Shown here piece after piece: positions 1 to 9,263 of a stretch of DNA of 64,000 nucleotides. Below the pieces are notes generated by a model that worked only from the letters and a program-made list of their open reading frames with translations, did no database searches and was not told where the DNA came from. Every line of letters begins with the position of its first letter. The first letter of the stretch is position 1. The stretch spans positions 7,446-71,445 of the forward strand of contig JAFLCO010000001.1 in assembly GCA_017303535.1 (NCBI GenBank). The letters are read 5' to 3'. The translations under genes were made by a program, and so were the position numbers. The DNA comes from Planctomycetota bacterium. Lineage in GTDB: Bacteria; Planctomycetota; Planctomycetia; Pirellulales; PNKZ01.

Positions 1-1128
1 AAACCGCTGAACATCGCCATGATCGGCTACGGCTTCATGGGCCGTGCCCACTCGAACGCCTACGCCAACGTCGCCCACTACTTCGACCTGCCGTACAAGC
101 CGGTGCTCAAGGCCGTGTGTGCTCGCGACAAAGCGAAGGCCGAAGGGTTCGCGGCGCAGTGGGGTTATGAAAGCGTCGAGACCGATTGGAAGAAGCTGCT
201 CGAGCGGAAGGACATCGACGCCGTCGATATTTGCACGCCGAACAACCTGCACAAAGAAATCTCGATCGCCGCGGCGAAGGCCGGCAAAGCGATTCTCTGC
301 GAGAAGCCGCTGGCGATGAACGTCGCCGAGGGCGAAGAGATGTGCGATGCGGTCGAGAAGGCCGGCGTCGCCAACACGGTTTGGTACAACTATCGCCGCA
401 TCCCGGCCGTGTCGTTCGCCAAGCAACTGATCGACGAAGGCAAGCTCGGCCGGGTGTTTCACTACCGCGCCAACTTCCTGCAAGACTGGACGATCTCGGC
501 CGAACTGCCGCAAGGAGGCGCAGGCCTCTGGCGACTCGACGCCGCCGCGGCCGGCAGCGGTGTGACGGGCGACCTCCTCGCGCACTGCATCGACACCGCG
601 CTCTGGCTCAACGGTTCGCTCACGAACGTTTCGGCGATGACCGAGACCTTCATCAAGGAGCGGAAGCACACGCTCACCGGCAAGGTCGAGAAGGTGACGA
701 TTGACGACGCCTGCACATTCATGGGGCGCTTCGCCAACGGTTCGCTGGCTCTATTCGAAAGCACCCGCTATGCCCGCGGGCACAAGGCGCTCTACACGTT
801 TGAGATCAACGGCGAACACGCCTCGATCAAGTGGGACCTCCACGATCTGCACCGGCTGCAATACTTCGATCACCGCGACCAAGGCAACTTGCGCGGCTGG
901 CGTTCGATCCATGTGACCGACGGCGATCACCCGTACATGAAGCACTGGTGGGTGCCGGGCCTCGCGATCGGCTACGAATGCGGCTTCGTCCACCAAGTGG
1001 CCGATTTCCTCACCGGCATGGCGGCCGGCAAACCGGTGGGCCCGACGTTCCGCGATGCGCTGGAAACGCAAAAGGTGTGCGACGCGGTGCTCGCGAGCGC
1101 TAAGAGCGGAGCTTGGACGAACGTGTAA
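1..1128 (+). CDS. Gfo/Idh/MocA family NAD(P)-dependent oxidoreductase (5' end outside window)
   Basis: ORF 19..1128. The frame stays open back to nt 1 (KPLNIA precedes the first Met). It has the Rossmann-type N-terminus [14 protein letters not shown] and the EKPLA motif typical of this family. Confidence 0.85.
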   Translation, partial: KPLNIAMIGYGFMGRAHSNAYANVAHYFDLPYKPVLKAVCARDKAKAEGFAAQWGYESVETDWKKLLERKDIDAVDICTPNNLHKEISIAAAKAGKAILCEKPLAMNVAEGEEMCDAVEKAGVANTVWYNYRRIPAVSFAKQLIDEGKLGRVFHYRANFLQDWTISAELPQGGAGLWRLDAAAAGSGVTGDLLAHCIDTALWLNGSLTNVSAMTETFIKERKHTLTGKVEKVTIDDACTFMGRFANGSLALFESTRYARGHKALYTFEINGEHASIKWDLHDLHRLQYFDHRDQGNLRGWRSIHVTDGDHPYMKHWWVPGLAIGYECGFVHQVADFLTGMAAGKPVGPTFRDALETQKVCDAVLASAKSGAWTNV

Positions 1129-1153
1129 ATTCGGGACGCTGTTATTTCCGGCA

Positions 1154-1231
1154 TTTAGCCGCGGAGCTTGCCTCCGCGCTCAATGCGTATTGCTCTCCAG
1201 AGAGCGCGGAGACAAGCTCCGCGGACAAATG
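1154..1231. repeat. Inverted pair of GCTAA-hairpin elements (family A) between convergent genes
   Basis: tttagccgcggagcttgcctccgcgct (1154-1180) and agcgcggagacaagctccgcggacaaatg (1202-1231) are reverse complements with about 3 mismatches. Each arm is itself a GCGGAG/CTCCGC hairpin. Confidence 0.7.
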
Positions 1232-1238
1232 AATTGAA

Positions 1239-2189
1239 TCAAGACTTTTCCCACTTCGGAAACGCGACTTGGCCTGCGACCGGTGCGCGGAGCGTGAAGA
1301 GCGTCTTCCCGGCGGTCACGTACAGCGTGCGACCGTCGGGCCCGCCGAAGGCGAGGTTCGTCAGCACGTCTTCGCCGATCGGAATACGGCCCAAGAGTTT
1401 GCCGCGCGGAGAGATGTGATAGATGCCCGGCGGGACGAGCGTGCTTTCATGCGGACCGCGCGGCGTCATGATGCCCGCGGCCACCCAGAGATTGCCGTCG
1501 GCGTCGAGTCGCATACCGTCGCCCCCGCGGCCGTGTGCGAAGTCGAACACTTCGCGCTGGTTCAGCGGCGACCCGCGGTCGTCGAGATCGAAACTCCAGA
1601 TCTTTCGGTTGCCGCCGACCACGGGGCAACTGTCGATGACATAGAGGTGCTTCGAGTCTTGCGTGACGGCGATGCCGTTGGGGCGCTGGATCGCCGGCTG
1701 CGTGATGATGCGGGTCACGCGGCCGTCGACGTCGATGCGGTAGACGCTTTCGTCGGTCATCTCCATCGTCGTGCGGTCCCAATAGCACGGATCCGTAAAA
1801 TAAATGCGGCCGTGCCCGTCGACGCAGATGTCGTTCGGGGCGTTGTAACGCTTACCGTCGTAGAGCTCGGTGAGGGTTTCGTAATGGCCGGTCTTCAGGT
1901 CGGTGCGGGTGACGCGGCGGTTGCCTCCTTCGCCGAACTCGGCTCCTTCGCAATGCAGCAGGCGTCCTTCGCGGTCGAACGTATTGCCGTTGGTCCGCCC
2001 GCTCGGCTCGCGGAAGACGGAGAGCTTGCCGTCGGCCGTACGCCGCAAGATGCGGTTGTTCATGATGTCGGAATAGTAGAGCGTGCCGTCGGCGTCGACG
2101 GCCGGGCCTTCGGTGAAGGCCAAGACCTGCGCGGCCTTGGGCGGTTCGGTGATTCCGGCGGGGAGCGGGGCGGCGTGAAAGTCGGGCAT
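1239..2189 (-). CDS. SMP-30/gluconolactonase/LRE family beta-propeller protein
   Basis: 316-aa ORF with family-typical motifs (EGPAVDADGTLYYSD, YFTDP, PNGIAV, DGMRLDADGNLWVA, NLAFGGPDGRTLYVT). Confidence 0.85.
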   Translation of the reverse strand: MPDFHAAPLPAGITEPPKAAQVLAFTEGPAVDADGTLYYSDIMNNRILRRTADGKLSVFREPSGRTNGNTFDREGRLLHCEGAEFGEGGNRRVTRTDLKTGHYETLTELYDGKRYNAPNDICVDGHGRIYFTDPCYWDRTTMEMTDESVYRIDVDGRVTRIITQPAIQRPNGIAVTQDSKHLYVIDSCPVVGGNRKIWSFDLDDRGSPLNQREVFDFAHGRGGDGMRLDADGNLWVAAGIMTPRGPHESTLVPPGIYHISPRGKLLGRIPIGEDVLTNLAFGGPDGRTLYVTAGKTLFTLRAPVAGQVAFPKWEKS

Positions 2190-2276
2190 GGTGGTGTGCG
2201 GCGGTTTTAAGACGAAAGACGACTGTGAAGCCGTATCGTTTTCGCTTTCGCCGCCGCGACGGTCAATCCGCGCATG

Positions 2277-2311
2277 AAAAAGCCCTCCCGCGCTCGAAGG
2301 CGCGAGAGGGC
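2277..2311 (-). terminator. Rho-independent terminator candidate downstream of the small lipoprotein gene
   Basis: GC-rich stem gccctcccgcgc / gcgcgagagggc with loop tcgaag. It is preceded on the + strand by aaaaa, which becomes a U-run after the stem on the - strand. Confidence 0.55.
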
Positions 2312-2421
2312 TCGGAACCGACGCCCGCGCCCGTGAGGGCTAACGTCGGACGGGGCGCCGTGATCAAGGGCCGCGACCATCGTGAAACGACGGGCTGCGG
2401 CGGATTTGATGGAATCGAAAC

Positions 2422-2604
2422 TTACGGACGAACGGCCGGCGGGTTGTCGCCGCTCTTTTCGACCGTGGTTTCTTGCGTCACCTTGGTTTCGCCTTCGGGT
2501 CCGGAAACCTTGTGCTCGGTGGTCGTCGTCTTGGTGTCGCTGCAGCCGACCATCATCGCGGCGGCCAGCGCACAAGTGGTGAAGCTTCGCATGAGATGCA
2601 TCAT
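2422..2604 (-). CDS. Small putative lipoprotein (60 aa)
   Basis: Internal ATG of ORF 2422..2715 at 2604 gives MMHLMRSFTTCALAAAMMVGC|SDTK, a signal peptide with a lipobox-like MVGC. aagga lies upstream. The mature part is Thr/Glu/Lys-rich. Confidence 0.5.
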   Translation of the reverse strand: MMHLMRSFTTCALAAAMMVGCSDTKTTTTEHKVSGPEGETKVTQETTVEKSGDNPPAVRP

Positions 2605-2911
2605 CGGTAGAGTCCTTCGTTCTTCAAAGTGCGCTCGACGCCGGCAGGCAACGGTTGCCGACCTGGGCGAGAGCCGATTGTTTTCGAAGCGACACTTTTG
2701 CACGCCGCATACCAAACGATTACGCTGGAGCGAAGTTCCCGGCCGACGGGCGAAGTTCGACCTGCGACCGACGACAAAACCAGGCGAATTTTCCGACGGT
2801 GACGGGGCTAACGTCCTAATTGCTGCGCCTGTTGAACGATGATCGACCGCGGCCGGCAGGTTGAACTGCGGCGGCCGATTTGCGATTCACCAACTGATTC
2901 GAGATTGACCT

Positions 2912-4267
2912 ATGCCGATCGTTGCTTGGTGTTTGACGGCCGTCCTCGCGGCGGCGCCGGAATCTGCGATTCTGCCCGTCGTGCAAGCGCGCGCACTAGC
3001 GATGCCGGGCGGGGAGTTGTTGAGCCCGCAGTTTCGCGGACCGGGTGGGGAAGGACACGTCGCGCAGACCGGCCTGCCGCTCACGTGGAGCGAGACGGAG
3101 AACATCGTTTGGAAGACGCCGCTGGCGGGGCTCGGGTGGTCATGCGCCGTGATCGACGGCGATCAGGTGTGGGTGACGACGGCCGTCGAACTACCGCCCA
3201 AGCCGGAAAAGGCCGAAGCTCCTAAAGCGGACGCGGAAAAACCTGCTGCGGAGAAGGACGCCGCGAAACCGTCCGCCGAAGCCAAGAAACCGCCGATCGA
3301 GCTACGCGCCATTTGCCTCGATCGCAACAGCGGCAAGATCGTGCGCGACGTGCTGGTGTTCACCGTCGACGATCCAGGCTCAATTCACAAGAAGAACAGC
3401 CACGCCTCGCCGACGCCCGTCCTTGAGGGCGACCGCGTGTATGTGCACTTCGGCAAGCATGGCACGGCCTGCCTGAAGAACGACGGCACGATCGTCTGGA
3501 AGACGCAGGAACTCGTTTACAACCATCGGCACGGGCCCGGCGGTTCGCCGGTGATCTACAAAGACGTGCTGATGCTCTCGTGCGACGGGACCGACGTGCA
3601 GTATGTCGTCGGCTTGGATAAGAACACTGGCAAGATTCTTTGGAAGGAATCGCGCGAGGGGCGGATGGCGTACAGCACGCCGCTGTTGGTCGAAGTCGAC
3701 GGGCAGGTGCAGCTTGTCAGCACCGGCGGCGATGCGGTGATCGCCTACGAACCGGAGACCGGCAAAGAAATTTGGCGCTGCAAGTACGACGGGTACTCGC
3801 TCGTGCCGCGGCCGGTGGTCGCGCATGGGTTGGCGTTCATCTGCACCGGGTACGATTTGCCGAGCCTGTACGCCGTGCGACTCGGCGGCAAAGGGGACGT
3901 CACCGAAACGCACGTGGCCTGGAAGCTCAAGAAGGCCGTGCCGCATAACCCGTCGCCGCTCGTGGTCGGTGACGAACTGTACATCGTGAGCGACAAGGGA
4001 ATTCTCACGGCGCTCGACGCCAAAACCGGCGAAGAAGTGTGGCAAGAACGGATCGGCGGCAACTATTCCGCTTCGCCGATCTTCGCCGACGGACGAATTT
4101 ACATTCTCGACGAAGAAGGGAAATGCCTCGTCATCGCGCCGGGGAAAGAGTTCAAAGAGTTGGCGGTGAACCAAGTCGACGGCCGCACGCTGGCCGGGCT
4201 TTCGGTGGCCGGCAAATCGATCTTTCTGCGGACCGATACGCATTTGTATCGGATTGAGAAGAAGTGA
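2912..4267 (+). CDS. PQQ-like (BamB-type) beta-propeller repeat protein, secreted
   Basis: 451-aa ORF with an N-terminal signal-like segment and repeated propeller blades (W..., DG.IVW, GKILW, GKEIWR, GEEVWQ). It carries a low-complexity KPEKAEAPKADAEKPAAEKDAAKPSAEAKKPP insert. Paralogue of 37574..39007. Confidence 0.8.
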   Translation: MPIVAWCLTAVLAAAPESAILPVVQARALAMPGGELLSPQFRGPGGEGHVAQTGLPLTWSETENIVWKTPLAGLGWSCAVIDGDQVWVTTAVELPPKPEKAEAPKADAEKPAAEKDAAKPSAEAKKPPIELRAICLDRNSGKIVRDVLVFTVDDPGSIHKKNSHASPTPVLEGDRVYVHFGKHGTACLKNDGTIVWKTQELVYNHRHGPGGSPVIYKDVLMLSCDGTDVQYVVGLDKNTGKILWKESREGRMAYSTPLLVEVDGQVQLVSTGGDAVIAYEPETGKEIWRCKYDGYSLVPRPVVAHGLAFICTGYDLPSLYAVRLGGKGDVTETHVAWKLKKAVPHNPSPLVVGDELYIVSDKGILTALDAKTGEEVWQERIGGNYSASPIFADGRIYILDEEGKCLVIAPGKEFKELAVNQVDGRTLAGLSVAGKSIFLRTDTHLYRIEKK

Positions 4268-4291
4268 TTGACGAACGGTCGTGAAATCACA

Positions 4292-4320
4292 TTAGCCCCC
4301 GGCGAGCCGCCGGGGGGCAA
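4292..4320. repeat. GCTAA-hairpin element (family A, CCCCCGG subtype)
   Basis: ttagcccccggcgagccgccggggggcaa. Same architecture as 26653-26682. Confidence 0.65.
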
Positions 4321-4385
4321 AGGGCGTCGATCCCGATCCCACGATCACGCTGTTGCAACTCCATCGCGTTATTGCGCAATAAAAA

Positions 4386-4414
4386 TGCCCCGGGCGACTC
4401 GCCCGGGGCTAAGG
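4386..4414. repeat. GCTAA-hairpin element (family A), inverted partner of 4292-4320; possible tadC terminator
   Basis: tgccccgggcgactcgcccggggctaagg, preceded by aaaaa on the + strand (a U-run on the - strand). It lies 29 nt downstream of the tadC stop. Confidence 0.6.
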
Positions 4415-4442
4415 CGTTTCTCGGGCTTCCGTATCGCGGTCA

Positions 4443-5360
4443 CTACCGCGTGCTGAACGTCGTGAAGAAGTTGCGGAGTTCGAGCAGGGCCGGGCCCCAG
4501 AGGATGATCATGGCCGCGGGCGCCAGACAGAACACGAGCGGGAAGAGCATCTTGATGCCCGCCTTCGAGGCCCGTTCGTCGGCCGTTTGACGTTGCCGGG
4601 TGCGGATGTCGTCGGAGAAATCTTTGACGGCCTGCACGACGTTGGTGCCGAGCCGTTCGGTTTGCATCATCAGCGTGTTGAGGGCCGAGGTTTCCGGAAT
4701 GTCGACCCGTTGGGCGAAGTTCTTGAAGCCGTCGGTGAGCGAACTCATTTCGGCTTGGCGGCGAACGATTTCGAGTTCCATGCCGAGTTCCGGGTGGGCG
4801 GGCGAGATCTCGCGGCTCACGTGTGCCAGCGAATCGTTCACGCCCAAACCGCCCGAGAGACACATCGTGAGCATGTCGAAGGCGTCGGGCAGACCGCGTT
4901 GAATCAGCGACGCACGACGGCGGACTTGTCGCTTGAGGAACAACCACGGCAGCACGTAGGCCAGCGCCGCGGCCGCGAAGCCCCAGATGATGACTTGGGC
5001 CAGCATCTGCCGACGTTCCGGACCGAGCGTCACCACCGTGAGGCCGGTGAGCACGATCACGCCGATCGCCATGATGTTGCGCAGGGCGAGAAATTCGCTG
5101 CGGGCCGACGGTTTGTAGTAGCCCGCTCGTCGCAGGTCGCGCTCGAGCGAATCTTCCGTCGAACCCAACAGCGGCAACTGCGCGGCCAGCGGATCGGTGA
5201 GGTCGCCGAATACCGGGCGGCTCGGCACGTACGGCGCCGATTGTTGTCCGGCGAGGTCCGTGGCGAACGTTCCTTGCCAGCTCATGATGAGTGCGCGGAT
5301 CGCGAAGACCGCGCCCACGATCAGCAGAAAGGCGACGACGGTAAGGATGTTGATCATCAT
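4443..5360 (-). CDS. tadC: Type II secretion system F-family protein, TadC-like
   Basis: 305-aa polytopic ORF with GspF-like repeat content (LPDAFDMLTMCLSGGLG, LMMQTERLGT). It sits directly after tadB in the tad operon. Confidence 0.85.
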   Translation of the reverse strand: MMINILTVVAFLLIVGAVFAIRALIMSWQGTFATDLAGQQSAPYVPSRPVFGDLTDPLAAQLPLLGSTEDSLERDLRRAGYYKPSARSEFLALRNIMAIGVIVLTGLTVVTLGPERRQMLAQVIIWGFAAAALAYVLPWLFLKRQVRRRASLIQRGLPDAFDMLTMCLSGGLGVNDSLAHVSREISPAHPELGMELEIVRRQAEMSSLTDGFKNFAQRVDIPETSALNTLMMQTERLGTNVVQAVKDFSDDIRTRQRQTADERASKAGIKMLFPLVFCLAPAAMIILWGPALLELRNFFTTFSTR

Positions 5361-5441
5361 GGCAGAAGGCGTTGGTTAAGCGACGTGGCGTTCGGCGGTG
5401 TGCGAGCTCGGTAGCGTGTATTAGTCGGAAACTCGCGGCGT

Positions 5442-6365
5442 TTAGTAGTCGTTGCTCAGCAGGCCATAGACCCAAACGAGCCCGACAAGCTGCAGTACGC
5501 CGGCGACGGCGAGCAGCGCCAAGCCGCCGGGCAGGTTGAAGAACTGGCCCATGTAGTCGGGCTGGAAGATCATCATGTAGGCAAACACGAGCGGACCGGC
5601 CAAGGCGATAAGGATCGTGGCCATACGGCTCGAACCGGTCGCGGCTTGGAACGACCGTTGGTAGCTCAAGCGGTCGCGAATGACGTGCGACATGCGTTCG
5701 AGCGCCGCCGCTAAGTTACCACCCGTGCGACGTTGCACGTTCAGCGCGGTCGAGAGGATACGCAGTTCCATCAGCGGCACGCGCTTGATCATCGACTTCA
5801 TCGCGGCCGGCACCGAAAGGCCCATTTCCAAATGGCGCGACGTCCGACGCCATTCCACTCCGAGCGGTTCGGACGTTCCCTTGCCCGTCGCTTCGACGGC
5901 TTGGTCGAGCGTTTCGCCGGCGCGAACCGCGCGAGCCATCATTTCCATGGAGCCCGGCAGTTGTTCGCGGAGGGTATTCAAGCGGGAGCGGCGTTGGAGC
6001 ATGTAGTACACCAACGGCACCACGAAGCCGATCGCGAAGGCGATCACGGCCTGCAGCACGTCGTTGCGCCAGAGGAACACGACGCCGCCGGCCAGCAAAC
6101 CGCTGAAGACCATCAGCAGGAAGGCCGGTTCCGGAGCGATGTCGAGGCCCGTCTGGTGCATCAACTCGTTGAAGCGGTAGTCGATCCGGTTCGTCATGCC
6201 TTCGGGAGGCGCTTGTTCGCCGGCAAAGGGCAACGTGCCGATGGTCGGACGCTCTTCTTCCTTCGTCGCGGCGGTGCCGGCGTTGAGGTCGCGCACGATC
6301 AAGTAGATCGCCGTCCCGAGCAACACGGCCAGCAGGCCGAAGTAGAGCAGCAGCGTGGTGTCCAT
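5442..6365 (-). CDS. tadB: Type II secretion system F-family protein, TadB-like
   Basis: 307-aa ORF (LPGSMEMMARAVRAGETLDQAV, ILSTALNVQRRTGGNLA) immediately downstream of cpaF. Confidence 0.85.
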   Translation of the reverse strand: MDTTLLLYFGLLAVLLGTAIYLIVRDLNAGTAATKEEERPTIGTLPFAGEQAPPEGMTNRIDYRFNELMHQTGLDIAPEPAFLLMVFSGLLAGGVVFLWRNDVLQAVIAFAIGFVVPLVYYMLQRRSRLNTLREQLPGSMEMMARAVRAGETLDQAVEATGKGTSEPLGVEWRRTSRHLEMGLSVPAAMKSMIKRVPLMELRILSTALNVQRRTGGNLAAALERMSHVIRDRLSYQRSFQAATGSSRMATILIALAGPLVFAYMMIFQPDYMGQFFNLPGGLALLAVAGVLQLVGLVWVYGLLSNDY

Positions 6366-6444
6366 GGTTATCTAAGCTCTGCTTATCTAAGCTTTACGAA
6401 ATCGATGTGCGTAACGGACCGGAGAAAACGCGAGTGTTCGATCA

Positions 6445-7773
6445 CTACTGTCGGATGCGGCGCGCCGTGAAGATGCTTTCATCGACGGTGACGCCGGCGG
6501 CCTTCAATCGCGATAGGCACTTCGGCTTGTAACCCGTGGCGAAGAATTCGCCGACGGCCGTGCCTTCGGAATCGACGCCGGTTTGCTCAAAGCCGAAGAT
6601 GTTTTCCAGGACGTATTCGCCGTTCTTCACGCCGACGATTTCCGCGACTTCCATGATCCGTCGCGGACCACCCTTGAGGCGCGAGCCGTGGACGACCAAG
6701 TTGATGCCGGCCGCCGCATATTGGCGGACGACGTTGATCGGCAGTTCGATACCGGTCATGGCGACCATCATCTCCAAACGGGTGAGCGCGTCGCGCGCCG
6801 TGTTGGCGTGGATGGTCGTCATCGAGCCTTCGTGGCCCGTGTTCATGGCCTGCAGCATGTCCCACACTTCGGGACCGCGGACTTCGCCGACGATGATGCG
6901 ATCGGGACGCATACGCAAGCTGTTACGAACGAGATCGCGCTGGGTGACGGCGCCGATCCCTTCCGTATTGGCCGGCCGCGTTTCCATGCGGATGCGGTGG
7001 CGGTGCTGCAAGATAAGTTCGGCCGAGTCTTCGATCGTCACGATGCGTTCGTCGGCCGGGATGTAGCGCGAGAAGGCGTTGAGCAGCGTCGTCTTACCGG
7101 CGCCGGTACCGCCGGAGAACAGGATGCTGCACCGCGCGGCCACGGCGGCCGAGACGAAGCTGGTCATGTCCGGCAAGATCGAGCCGAATCGAAGCAAGTC
7201 TTCCATCTTCAGCGGTTCGGCGCCGAAGCGGCGAATCGAAAGCGTCGGGCCGTCGAGCGCTAGCGGCGGAATGACGGCGTTCACACGGCTGCCGTCCGGC
7301 AAACGAGCGTCGACCATCGGGCTCGATTCGTCGATGCGCCGGCCGAGCTTGGCGACGATCTTTTGAATGATGCGGATCAGGTGCTGGTCGTCGGCGAACT
7401 GCACGCTGGTCAGCTCCAGCTTGCCGCGACGTTCGACGTACACGGTCTTCGCGTCGTTGACGAGAATATCGTTGACCGTCGGATCTTTGAGCAGCAGTTC
7501 CAGCGGGCCGAAGCCGAAGATTTCGTCCATCAACTCGTCCATCAGACGGTTGCGGTCGATCTTCTGGCCGAGGTCTTTGCGCGTGCCGAAGGCGTTGTTG
7601 GCCATCGTGCGAACTTCGTCCGCCAGTTGCTGGCGATTGATTCGCGTGATTTTCGACAGATCGAACGACTCGACGAGTTGTTCGTGCAGCGAAGCCTTAA
7701 CGCTTTGGAATTCGTGTTCCGCGGCGTCATACCCGCGATCGGCCCCGTTGCTGAGAGCGAAGGAGGTGTTCAT
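6445..7773 (-). CDS. cpaF: CpaF/TadA family pilus-assembly secretion ATPase
   Basis: Internal ATG at 7773 ([10 protein letters not shown]) gives 442 aa. Walker [27 protein letters not shown] and [12 protein letters not shown] are present. The longer 590-aa ORF overlaps the upstream gene and is Arg-rich junk. Confidence 0.95.
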   Translation of the reverse strand: MNTSFALSNGADRGYDAAEHEFQSVKASLHEQLVESFDLSKITRINRQQLADEVRTMANNAFGTRKDLGQKIDRNRLMDELMDEIFGFGPLELLLKDPTVNDILVNDAKTVYVERRGKLELTSVQFADDQHLIRIIQKIVAKLGRRIDESSPMVDARLPDGSRVNAVIPPLALDGPTLSIRRFGAEPLKMEDLLRFGSILPDMTSFVSAAVAARCSILFSGGTGAGKTTLLNAFSRYIPADERIVTIEDSAELILQHRHRIRMETRPANTEGIGAVTQRDLVRNSLRMRPDRIIVGEVRGPEVWDMLQAMNTGHEGSMTTIHANTARDALTRLEMMVAMTGIELPINVVRQYAAAGINLVVHGSRLKGGPRRIMEVAEIVGVKNGEYVLENIFGFEQTGVDSEGTAVGEFFATGYKPKCLSRLKAAGVTVDESIFTARRIRQ

Positions 7774-7775
7774 GG

Positions 7776-9146
7776 CTATTGCGTTAGCTCCAGTTTTCCA
7801 ATCCAAGGATTGCGGGGGGCGCCCGCCGCGGTGACTGCTTGACTGCTGACCATCGTCGTCGGTTGCACGACGATTTCCCAAGTATCGTTCGACTCTCCGG
7901 AACCACGGCCCACGCGTACGATGCGTCCGGCCGCGAAGCCGACGACGTCGCAAACCGTAGCTTCGCCGTCGGTCGCTTCGCCATCTGTGGCGGCGGCGTC
8001 GGCCAGGGGCCAAACGCGGGTTTGTCCGAGAATCTCCATGAGCGTGTAACCCATCTCGGCCGGCATCTGCGGCAAGGCGGGCATCGGCAACGTGCCGACG
8101 ACGACAAGCTCGCCGCCGTACGGAGCCAGGTCGCCGCGCGACAAGCCCTCGCGTACGCGAACCGGCCAGACGTAGTCGATGTTGAGTTCGTTCGTGAGTT
8201 GCGGAACGTAGCACCATCCGGGAGTCGCCGGTTGCGACTCTTCCGCGGCGGCACCGTCTTGCGCGTCTTTGTTCTCTTCGGCGGTTCCTGGGGCACCGTT
8301 TTCGCCGACTTCGGCGGCAGCCTTGGCGTCGGCTTTCGGCGCACCGCTAACGAACACCAATTCCGGAATTCCATCCGGCCCGAATGTCACTTCGCCCGTG
8401 ACTGGGTTAACGCCGTAGTTGTCGTTCTTTCCGGCGACCACTTCGGCCGTCGATTGCTTGATCCAAGATTCGTACTCGGCGACCAGCGGCAAGATCGGAG
8501 CTTTCACGCCTCGTTCGGGACGGAAGCCGACGACGCGTTGATCGAGCGTGGCTTGCACGGCCACGGCCGGATCGGCGGTCGTCACTCCCGTCAGTCCGCC
8601 GATGGCCAGCGAGACGGTGTTGTAAATATTGCGGCTCACGCGGCCGGAGACGCGCACCGTGTTCACGTCGCCCGGAGCGGCCGGGTTCGTCGGGATGCCG
8701 AGCACGGTGCCGGCCGGAGCCAACGGATCGAGCGTGCCGACGACGACGTCCCCCGTGGGAGCATTATCGTGATTGGGGTCGAGCCGAAACTCGCGACCGT
8801 CGACCTGATTGCGCAAGCCTGTGAGCCGCGCCATTTCGCGGGCCATCAACACGTCGTCGCGCGAGTCGGCCTGGCCGAAGAGCAAGTTTTCGTCCATCAG
8901 CTCGGCCGCCCCGGCCAGAGCCGAGGCTTCGCAAGCGGCCTGCAACTCCGCGCGAACCGTGCAGAGCCGGGCCGTGTTGATTCCCAGCGCCACGAGGCCG
9001 GAGAGAAACACAAGCGTGAGGATCAGCAAGCCGGTCGCCAAGCCGCGACGATGCTCGACCCGGCGACCCGCGCGACCGACGGACGATCGGCGCGCCGCGC
9101 GTTGTCGCACAGCAGCGGGCGTCGAACTGTGTCGTCGATCTTGCAT
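7776..9146 (-). CDS. TadG-like (TadE/G-like domain) pilus-assembly protein
   Basis: ATG at 9146 (MQDRRHS). The N-terminal TM segment plus LCTVRAELQAACEASALAGAAELMD resembles the Tad-like N-terminal domain. There is an acidic Ala/Pro-rich insert, and the stop lies 2 nt before the cpaF start. Confidence 0.55.
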   Translation of the reverse strand: MQDRRHSSTPAAVRQRAARRSSVGRAGRRVEHRRGLATGLLILTLVFLSGLVALGINTARLCTVRAELQAACEASALAGAAELMDENLLFGQADSRDDVLMAREMARLTGLRNQVDGREFRLDPNHDNAPTGDVVVGTLDPLAPAGTVLGIPTNPAAPGDVNTVRVSGRVSRNIYNTVSLAIGGLTGVTTADPAVAVQATLDQRVVGFRPERGVKAPILPLVAEYESWIKQSTAEVVAGKNDNYGVNPVTGEVTFGPDGIPELVFVSGAPKADAKAAAEVGENGAPGTAEENKDAQDGAAAEESQPATPGWCYVPQLTNELNIDYVWPVRVREGLSRGDLAPYGGELVVVGTLPMPALPQMPAEMGYTLMEILGQTRVWPLADAAATDGEATDGEATVCDVVGFAAGRIVRVGRGSGESNDTWEIVVQPTTMVSSQAVTAAGAPRNPWIGKLELTQ

Positions 9147-9235
9147 GATGACAGGCCTAAGTAACGGACTCACTTCACTTCGCAAAGCACGGATGGACAA
9201 GCCACCCGTGGCACCTAACAACTAACCACGGACAA

Positions 9236-9263
9236 CTGACTTCTGACTACTGGCAACTGCTCA
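9236..9263. repeat. Heptamer-periodic CTG/CAG tract (4 units) abutting the cpaB stop codon
   Basis: ctgactt ctgacta ctggcaa ctgctca. Read in the cpaB sense direction it is tag TGAGCAG TTGCCAG TAGTCAG AAGTCAG. Related to 30420-30454. Confidence 0.7.

Noticed and set aside
7774-8217. The N-terminal 147-aa extension of the cpaF ORF (the 590-aa version), and similar upstream extensions of the tadE-like, tadG-like, PQQ (39008-39208), MarR and ribE ORFs.
   Set aside because: The extensions overlap the 3' end of the preceding gene, are Arg-rich or low-complexity, and precede internal starts that give family-typical N-termini and lengths. The longest-ORF rule of the track overcalls starts.
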